NCBI RefSeq assembly: GCF_009914755.1
Contig: NC_060938.1
From: the human T2T-CHM13v2.0 reference genome, Homo sapiens
Length of the DNA: 64,000 bases
Strand: one strand, 5' to 3'
Below, piece after piece: positions 55,194-64,000 of this stretch. Below the pieces are notes generated by a model, which worked only from the letters and a program-made list of their open reading frames with translations, did not search any database and had not been told where the DNA came from. The number at the start of each line of letters is the position of its first letter. Position 1 is the first letter of the stretch. The position numbers were made by a program, and so were the translations under genes.

Positions 55194-56899
55194 GCTAGGT
55201 GAGTGCAGTCACCTCACTGCCTTGGTTTCCCCAGATACAGAAAGAGGCTGGTGAGTGATACACACTAGGTTCCCTGTATAGGGTCATATGTACCAAAGCC
55301 AAATGAAGACCTTGCTCACCAGGGCGGGAACCTGGGGATGTCAGGCTCCATCGGATGACGTCTTCCTTCCTGTGGCTCCTGCCTGCTGCAGTTGGTGTCA
55401 CCCTGACATATAGTGTCAGGGCCACAGGGTGGAACTGATTTCTGCCGGCACTGGTCAGCACTCAGGGTTCCTCAGGGGGCCTCATTCTGGATGCCTGCCC
55501 CTGTGGCTTCTACCTGAACCTCACCCACTTCATCTCCATGGAACTAAGGTCCTTCTCACGGGGAAGGTGATAGAAACTTGACTGCAGGCCCTGGGGACTT
55601 TCATGGTTTCCTTGGGGGAAAATGCCTGCTGCCCTCCGCCCTCCCCCCCACCCCCGACCCGCTTGACTGCTCTCTTGGACCTAACCCTAGTTTGATACTG
55701 GGCCAGAACTGTGTTGCTTTCGGAGTAGAGTGGTGGGGAAAATATGGAATGAGCTTTCTCTTCCTCCAGAAGTATGACCTGAGCAGCAAGGGGAAGGCCA
55801 TTCCTGGGGACGTTGGTTGCAGAGCTTCTGGTGCTCAGGGCTGGAGGGTGGTAGATATTTGACCTCTGTACTCATGTGACCCCCTCCCCGCCAAGACCTG
55901 GGGCCAGGACGTGGAGAAGCTGATCAAGGGGTACCACACCTTCATGGCTCTGGCCCTGACATTTGTCCCAGTTGTGCAGGAGTAGCTGTCACATGGGTGG
56001 TGATACCAAGACATGGCTGCGTCTGCCACCCCGAGAAAACAGATGATCAACTTTACTGTCTGCCCAGCCATTACCCTCCAAAGTCCCAGCTGCAGACAGG
56101 ATGCAATTGAGCATTTGGCTTTGGGATGCTTTACTGCAGGTGCGGGGGGTATCCATCTTATATCTGGGGGCCCACACTGTCCCGTAGGGGGCCTATGTCT
56201 GTTGGATATTGCTGGTTTGGCTGCCACTGGGAGTGGGGCGAGGGTCCCAGCATTGAGAGGGAGAGCCTTAGGCAGTGTTGTGACATACCTGTCACTCCTT
56301 CAGATCAGAGCCCTGTGCCCTAGCCACGGTTTTCAATGAGGAATGGTCTGACCTTGCTGCCCTTCCTGGGACCGCCTGTGGTGGCACAAAGGGTGCTAGA
56401 GGCACTCAGCCAGGCCCTGCCAACCGTGGGAGGGTACCCTTTGATCTGGGGGGAGAAGCAGAGAGGAGGGATGTGGTGGCCCCTGAAGTGAGAGTCCCAG
56501 TTCTGCGGAAGCCCAGTGGGAAGGAGGCTGGCAGCTCCCAAGGCCCTGCACCCAGTCTGGTCCCCTCAGCCCCCCAGAGCCCCTGGCCCAGAGCTAGGGC
56601 TTTGTGGGCCACCTGAAGGCTCCTTCCTCATGCCCCTAGGGGGCTGGCCATGCATTTCCAGTGTCTTCTTCCTTTCCCCTTTCCCTGGCTGCCACCAGGT
56701 GGGAGGTGACCCGAAGCAAGACTTGCTTTAGGAACGGGCAGCGTTTGAAGAACCCCATCAGCCTTCTCCAGCTTTTTTTTTTTTTTTTTGGTTGGGGGTA
56801 AGGGGCCTGTGCCCCCTCGGCTCAGGAGGAGGGTGGGAGAGGAGGGCGTGTGCCTCAGAGAACCGTTTCCTGCCCCCAGGCCTGGAGGCCCCAAAGGCG

Positions 56900-57330
56900 C
56901 CAGAGGAGCTGGGAGCCCCTGTCCCTGGAGCGGAGCCAGCGCGGGCGAGGGCATGGAGGGGGCGTCGGCCCAGGACACGCGGGCGAAGGCAGCTTTTGCA
57001 GTGCAGCGTGGGGCCCGGGGGCCCGGCCCGCGACTCGACTCATCTCGATTCGACCGGCGGGCGGCGGCGAGAGGAGGCCAAGGCCTGGGCTGCCCGGTCT
57101 CTGCGCGTCCCGACTCCGCCGCGCCCGCCAGCCCCACCTGCTACTTCTTTTTGGGGAAGAAGCTGAATCTCTTCTCCTTGTCTTTCTTGCCGAGGCTGGC
57201 GTCGGGGCCGGAGAGGGAAGGCAGGGGCAGGCTCTGCGCCTTGACGCGGATGCTCTGGGACTCGTTGATGGCGGTGCTCACGCCCTGCAGCCAGGACAGC
57301 ATCTCCTCCTGCGGGGCGGAGGGTCACGGT
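56900..57330. promoter_or_regulatory. 3' CpG island over the SPTB stop codon
   Basis: Dense CpG spanning the last exon and the proximal 3'UTR. Confidence 0.7.
57141..57308 (-). CDS. SPTB: SPTB last coding exon (long PH isoform C-terminus)
   Basis: EEMLSWLQGVSTAINESQSIRVKAQSLP...KDKEKRFSFFPKKK*; cag acceptor; 168 nt. Confidence 0.96.
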   Translation of the reverse strand, partial: EEMLSWLQGVSTAINESQSIRVKAQSLPLPSLSGPDASLGKKDKEKRFSFFPKKK

Positions 57331-57488
57331 GGAGTCTGGAGGCCCACAGCCCCCCACCTCCCGGGCCAGGCAACAATGGTGGGGGCTCTTGGGACTGCCC
57401 CTTCTGAGGGGGCCTCCAGGGCAAGCGGCCTGGGGTCCTCCACCTACCCCCTTCTTAGCCAGGTCTGGGCTAGGCTGCCCGCGCTTAC

Positions 57489-57531
57489 CTCATCCTTGCC
57501 ATGGAAGAGCCACTCGCTGCCATTACTCAGC
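57489..57531 (-). CDS. SPTB: SPTB penultimate exon (PH domain)
   Basis: tag| (R)LSNGSEWLFHGKDE |gtaag; 43 nt. Confidence 0.95.
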
Positions 57532-57814
57532 CTAGGAGGACAAAGGGTTTCCTGTCATGGAGACACCTCTGGAGGGGGCGCTGGGCAGAGGGCTGGCTCT
57601 GATCCCACAATACCCTGAGCCGAACATCCAGACCCCTCTCAGGCAGCCCAGCACTTTCTGAGAGGTCAAAGTCTGGACCATCAGCCTCTTTGATTTGAAA
57701 AACCCCTGAGGAGCAGCTCAGGCCTGGCACTGGTCCCCTACAGAGGGCCTCTGCCCTGCCACTAATGCCAAATCAAGCCATCAACCCGAGCTTTCAAAGG
57801 CCAGGAAGGCCTCA

Positions 57815-58012
<198 letters not shown>

Positions 58013-58063
58013 TCACCCACATCCTGATATGGTATCTCTAGAGTCAATTCCTATAGCTTCACC

Positions 58064-58069
58064 ATTAAA
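58064..58069 (+). terminator. PLEKHG3: Candidate distal PLEKHG3 poly(A) signal (ATTAAA)
   Basis: First canonical hexamer I could find on the + strand after the stop; followed by GT/T-rich sequence (TGTTTGTT, TGTTTTATTG). Confidence 0.55.
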
Positions 58070-58329
58070 AAAAATTACACCATGTTTGTTCTGATACATA
58101 GTAACATGTTTTATTGTTAAAAAATCATCTGCATGTAATTTCATTACAAAAAATTAGCTATTATTAACATTTTATGTATTCCTTCTAGTCTTCACATTTT
58201 CGCATTTTTTTTTTTACTAGTCACAGATAGCTAAAACTGGGTTATGGATATATTCAATTTTATATCGTGTTTCTAAGCATAACACTAAATCATGAGTATT
58301 TCTCCATATCCTCAAATATTTCTTTTTTT

Positions 58330-59281
<952 letters not shown>

Positions 59282-59639
59282 TAATTTTGAATAGCTATGT
59301 GGAAGACTTTCACAATCCCTTTATTGATGAACCTTATAATACTGGAAAATGTGCCCATAATTTAAATAGCAATGTGATGAACATTCTTACACATAAATCT
59401 GTGCCTATAATTCTGATCTTACCTTGAAGTACACTTATAGAACTATTACGTCTTAAGACCAACAGTAAAAAATTAACTTTTTACAATATTTCTACATCCA
59501 TCAGTGTATTTGATTCTCACTAAAGAACTGTGAAGGAATGAACAGGGTTTTGTTTCAGTGATTGTTTTCTGTTTTGTTGAGATGTGCCAAGTATACTAAA
59601 CTTTTTAAAGGAACAAATTTTACAAATAGGGCTCATGTC

Positions 59640-59763
59640 GGCCGGGCGTGGTGGCTCACACCTGTAATCCCAGCACTTTGGGAGGCTGAGGCAGGCGGAT
59701 CATGCGGTCAGGAGTTCGAGACCAGCCTGACCAACAAGGTGAAACCCCATTTCTACTAAAAAT

Positions 59764-59803
<40 letters not shown>

Positions 59804-59980
59804 CCAGGCGTGGTGGCACGTGCCTGTAATCCCAGCTACTCAGGAGGCTGAGGCAGGAGAATCACTTGAATCTGGGAGGCGGAGGTTGCAGTGAGCCAAA
59901 ATTGAGCCAGTTCACTCCAGCCGGGGTGACAGAGTGAGACTCTGTCTAAACAAAACAAAACAAAACAAAACACAAAAAAA
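59640..59980 (+). mobile_element. Alu with expanded central poly(A), TSD ACAAATAGGGCTCATGTC
   Basis: Central A run of ~37 nt (59766-59802); TSD on both sides. Confidence 0.95.
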
Positions 59981-60369
59981 GACAAATAGGGCTCATGTCA
60001 ACTGGCATGTTTGGTGAGGGAATCAAACTGATAACAGGTGGGCTAGCCCGAGCCGCTTCACTCACACGTGGGAAGCATGTTGCTGCATTTCTACAGCAAC
60101 AGACTCTGTTTCCTCCTCCTCTTCATCCTCCTCTTCTGTCTCCCTCCTCTCCTCTCCCTCTTCTCCCTTACTTTTGAGGGCAGGAAGGTGGAGAAACTAG
60201 TAGGGCACATAGGGAGGAAGTTCTGGAAGGTCAGAGAAACTGACCCATACAAAGCTGGCTGCAAAGCCATTTTACGAAGCCCCATTTCTGACTCCGCGCT
60301 CAGGGATCTTTCCTCTGGCAGAAAGGCAGTTACTAAGAAGGAGCTGGGTCTTTGGAGAAAGAGCTTGCC

Positions 60370-61190
60370 TTGAACAAATGACTTAACCTTTCCGAGACTC
60401 TGTTATCCCCTTGGAAAATAGAAACATCAATGTCACAGGATTGTTGGGAAGATTTTATCAGTCCTAATATAATGCCTGGCACATAGTAGATGCTCAGTAA
60501 ATGTTAGTTTCCCCTTTCTGGGTAGACTCTCCATTTAAGCAATAAATAAACCTCTTCAGGGCAATTGGGCCCCCAAATGGTTCCTTTTTGGAATTTGGAA
60601 TCCCTTTCGTGAGTCCCCCAGACACATCCTGCATGCTCATGCTGCCAGCTGTCCCTGGGAATATGGCTGGCTTCAACCTCCTGGTGCTGCCCTATTTTCT
60701 TGGGACCCTGGACTGCTGCTAGAAAGAGGAGGCCCCTGGGGGCCCCAGGCAGAGACAGCCCTAGATAGACCAAACCCAAGGACATGACTGTTTCAGGGTC
60801 AGGAAAGGACGCAGCCTTTGAGTCAGTTCTCGGGGTCATAGAGTCACCAGATGACAGCATTAGAAGGGACCTCTGGGGGGCAACTAGGCCATGCCCCATC
60901 CCCATCACTCCCATTTTACAGCTGAGGACACCGAGGCCTAGACTGGTAAAAAGCGGGGCTCGAACAAGGATGTTGTTAGTGCCAAGACCTACCTAACCTT
61001 TAGAGCTACCTATCCCTAGCCCTGGGATAATAGGATAATAACAGCTAGTGTTCACCAAGTGCCTACTGTGTGCCAGGAACAGTATCTGTAGTGAAAAGAC
61101 ATACTGTTCTCATCCTCTCCTTCCAAATGGGGAAACCGATTTAAAGAGGTTGAGTAACTTGCATGAAGACACAGGATTTGAATTCAGGAC
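60370..61190. mobile_element. Cluster of MIR fragments
   Basis: TGACTTAACCTTTCCGAGACTCTG; CCCATTTTACAGCTGAGGACACCGAGGC; GAGGTTGAGTAACTTGC. Confidence 0.7.
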
Positions 61191-61387
61191 CAGAACTGGA
61201 GATAGGCTTTCCCATCATGCCAAGTAGCCCTCGGGGCTGGCCCAGAGGGGTGTCTAGGAGCTCTCACAGGCCAAGGCAGAAGGCACCCCTCCCCCAGCAC
61301 ATGCCCATGTCACCAAGGCTCTGCTAGCAGAGAGATCCCTGAGAGCTGCCCAACCTACCCTCAGCCAGCAGCCTCTCCCGCACTCAC

Positions 61388-61644
61388 CTGTTGGAAGCCT
61401 TCTTGTTGGGCCCCTCCAGGTCATGCTTGCGGCCCAGGTAGCCTTCCATCTGCACACTCTGCCCATGGTCCCGCGGGGCCGGCAGCGTTGCGGGCTCATC
61501 ACCCTCGCTCAGAGGCGTATCTAGGACCTTAAAGAGGGGCTCCGTGGTGGGCCTCTCATCCCCAGTGGATTTCTGCCCATCCTTGTGCTGACCCGGCGGT
61601 GGTGGCTGCTGCAGGTTCTGAGGCCACGTTCCCTCTTCTTCCCC
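61388..61644 (-). CDS. SPTB: SPTB exon (linker and start of PH domain)
   Basis: cag| GEEEGTWPQNLQQPPPP...QMEGYLGRKHDLEGPNKKASN(R) |gtgagt; 257 nt; phases fit the downstream exons. Confidence 0.95.
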
Positions 61645-62276
61645 CTGCTCAGGGCATAGGGAGGAGCACACCTTTCTGGGTACTCTGGCTTAGAGATGGC
61701 TGTTCTCAGCAAAATTGGGAGGTCAGCAGCCACCCTCTCCACACCCCCAAGCCTACTTCCTTTCTACTCCCACCTCCTGGCCCACCCTGGCTCTCCCACA
61801 ACCTGCTATGGGTGCCCCCTTGCTTCTCTACTCTGCCTGTGCTTCTGGCTCCATTTCCACCCCATTCTCCCTTCAGAGAGCTGCAGGGTGGCCCCCTCTC
61901 TCCAATGTAACATAGCAACGGAAGGTTCTCAGAGTGAGCCAAAGGGGCCTGAGTGATTATTTCATTAAAGGGGTGTGAGGGGGGGCAGGTTCCAATGCTG
62001 CTGGCAAAGCTCTGGCCCCTCCCCTTGCTGCAGCCAGACACTCGTATGAGGAAAGTTCTGCTGCTAAGACAAGTTCGGCAACCACTTATAGTAGAATGTT
62101 GAATGGGAACTCTTCTGGTACTTTCAAATTGTGCCTAAAGCCCTAAAACTAAGGGTACCAGGTCCTAAGTCTGCCCGCCCCTGCCACCTTACAAAGGGAG
62201 AACCCAGACCCTCCCTGGCCATCAGCAGGTCTAACAGGTCCTTTCTCCATCATTTGATGGGAACTTTTTGGACAGG

Positions 62277-62445
62277 GCAGTGGTTCCTAACCCTGGCTGC
62301 CTTCCGCAATCACCTCAGGTGCTTTCAAAAGAAACATTCTCAGGCTCCATCTCAAGATGCTGAGTTAACTGGCCCCGGGGGTCGGCACATTGGTATCTCT
62401 TACTGAGCATTTCATGGGATCTAATGTTCAGCAGGAGTTGAGAAT
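62277..62445. mobile_element. MER5A-like DNA transposon (similar copies near 6420-6570 and 53680-53890)
   Basis: CAGTGGTTCCTAACCCTGGCTGC...AATCACCT...TCTAATGTTCAGC...GTTGAGAA. Confidence 0.7.
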
Positions 62446-64000
62446 CCCCCTCGTAAGGAGGCACAGCCTTGGGGAACTGCTGTGGTCTTTACCTCCCTGC
62501 ACCTCCCTGTGGAGACCTGGGGATGCCTGGCCCCTGCCCAAGTCAAGGGAGGGGCCTCCAATGGTGCCACTCACTGTATGACATACAGGTGCCCACGAGA
62601 AGGGGAAGCTGACCTGCCATTCCCTGGCTGGGCATCTCCTTATGCTAGACCTTGCTGATCTGCCCTTTTGCCTGTTGGGGCAGAAGAAAGAGAGGGCAGG
62701 ACAGATTGGGGCAGCAGCGGGCGGCCTCCCATTGCCAGGTGGGGCAAGAATGGGTGGGTCTCCTCCGTGCCAAGTGAGCACCAAGGAAGGCAGCCTCACT
62801 GGAGCCATCTGGCCAGGACCCGGTCCCAAAGACCTGACTGCTAAACACCTTTCAGCAAGAGGTAGGAAGGCCCCCAAGCAGCTGGATGCCTGAAGCACCA
62901 AGGACATCTTCAGCCAGGAGGTCAGAAAAGGTTCTTTTTCTGCTCCCTCCTCCCTGCCCCAACAGCTGAAGACAGAGGTCCAGAAGAGTGCTGGGGAGGA
63001 GAGGGAAGGAGCCAGGAGAGAGCAGACCATGTTCTCCTCCCTGGTCTGAATCCTTTAGACTATGGGGCAAACCCGAAACAGAGGATGGAGGATGGGAGGA
63101 TGTGGGCCCCATGTTGGACATCAGATCGAAGCTTTAAACTGAAACAACTGGGCAGACTTTTTATCCACTGAAAGTGACCAGGGTCTGCCTGAGGTGGCCT
63201 TAGGAATGGGAAGGGGGGCTCAATGGAGACGTTGGAAGGCAGTGGTTGCAAGAAAGATAAAACTGGTCATGTTTGTATCTCATCAAATTAGGACTGTTCA
63301 GTAAACAGGTTACATGGTAGGGATCCAGTAAGATTTCATTTAAAGAAAGGGTTATGTGGCTGGGAAAGTTTGGAAACCACTGACTTAGTCTAATGCTTTC
63401 GATCTATAATGAGAAAACCAGTGCTCAGAGAGGTCAAGTGACTTGCCCAAGGTTATACTGTCGGAGTAGGCAGATAAATATGAGCAGGTGGGAAAGCCTC
63501 TGAGAAAGGGAGGTCTGGAAAGTCTCACACCCCAGAGACCATCCAAAACATTCACCCTAGATATGAGCAGAGAGGAGGGGAAATATCTATGCAGGAAGGA
63601 ACACCCCAAGACACCCCTTAAGATGCCCAGTCATCACTCTGCAGTTAACCTGTGGGAATGTAGCCAGCTGCATGCTAAGGAGGGAAAGAAAGCAAAGGAG
63701 AAATTCCTACGAGATATGCACGTGCAATAAATACCAATATACACCCTTCCTGGAGTGGCAGTAATTAGCAACATCACCATTCGATAGGATTCATATCCGA
63801 CACCCGCCCCTGCAGGTTCATCAGCTGACAGTAAGGGAGAGTCCCACAAACCTGGGGCGGGAACTAGGTGGGGCGAAAAGATGGAGACATAAGATAGAGG
63901 CAGGAAATTAGACAAAGGTGGAGACTTGAGACAGAGGCAGGAACCTAAATAGAGTGTGACCTAATAAAAACCGCAAGGCAGAACTCTCTAGTTGCTGGCT

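Noticed and set aside
57135-57143. Stop-codon readthrough at SPTB (TAG CAG GTG) or PLEKHG3 (TGA TGC TGA)
   Set aside because: Neither matches the UGA-CUAG or UAG-CARYYA contexts, and PLEKHG3 has a second stop two codons later.
62428-63030. 200-aa minus-strand ORF in the SPTB intron
   Set aside because: No spectrin similarity and no clear splice sites; partly overlaps a MER5 fragment.

Overview
Human genomic DNA, recognised as the PLEKHG3/SPTB locus (chr14q23). The + strand holds the whole PLEKHG3 gene, a DH-PH Rho-family GEF. It has a CpG-island promoter and non-coding exon 1 (~12.3 kb), a 23-kb first intron, and 16 coding exons (35476-51541). These join with GT-AG sites into 3660 nt, or 1219 aa. 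The - strand holds the last four exons and 3'UTR of the PH-domain (muscle/brain, betaI-sigma2) isoform of SPTB, convergent with PLEKHG3. The rest is Alu, L1, L2, MIR, MLT and MER repeats plus microsatellites; repeat families were called by eye and boundaries are approximate. I found no new gene family or prokaryote-type system. The most interesting signals are PLEKHG3 isoform features outside the 1219-aa model: a 90-nt cassette adding an extra RRxS-EP motif, a poly-Glu exon with two in-frame donors, an alternative 5' exon giving an MG-start extension, and an overlapping uORF. Also notable are a re-splicing-competent last exon junction and a possible ~4-kb antisense overlap with SPTB.
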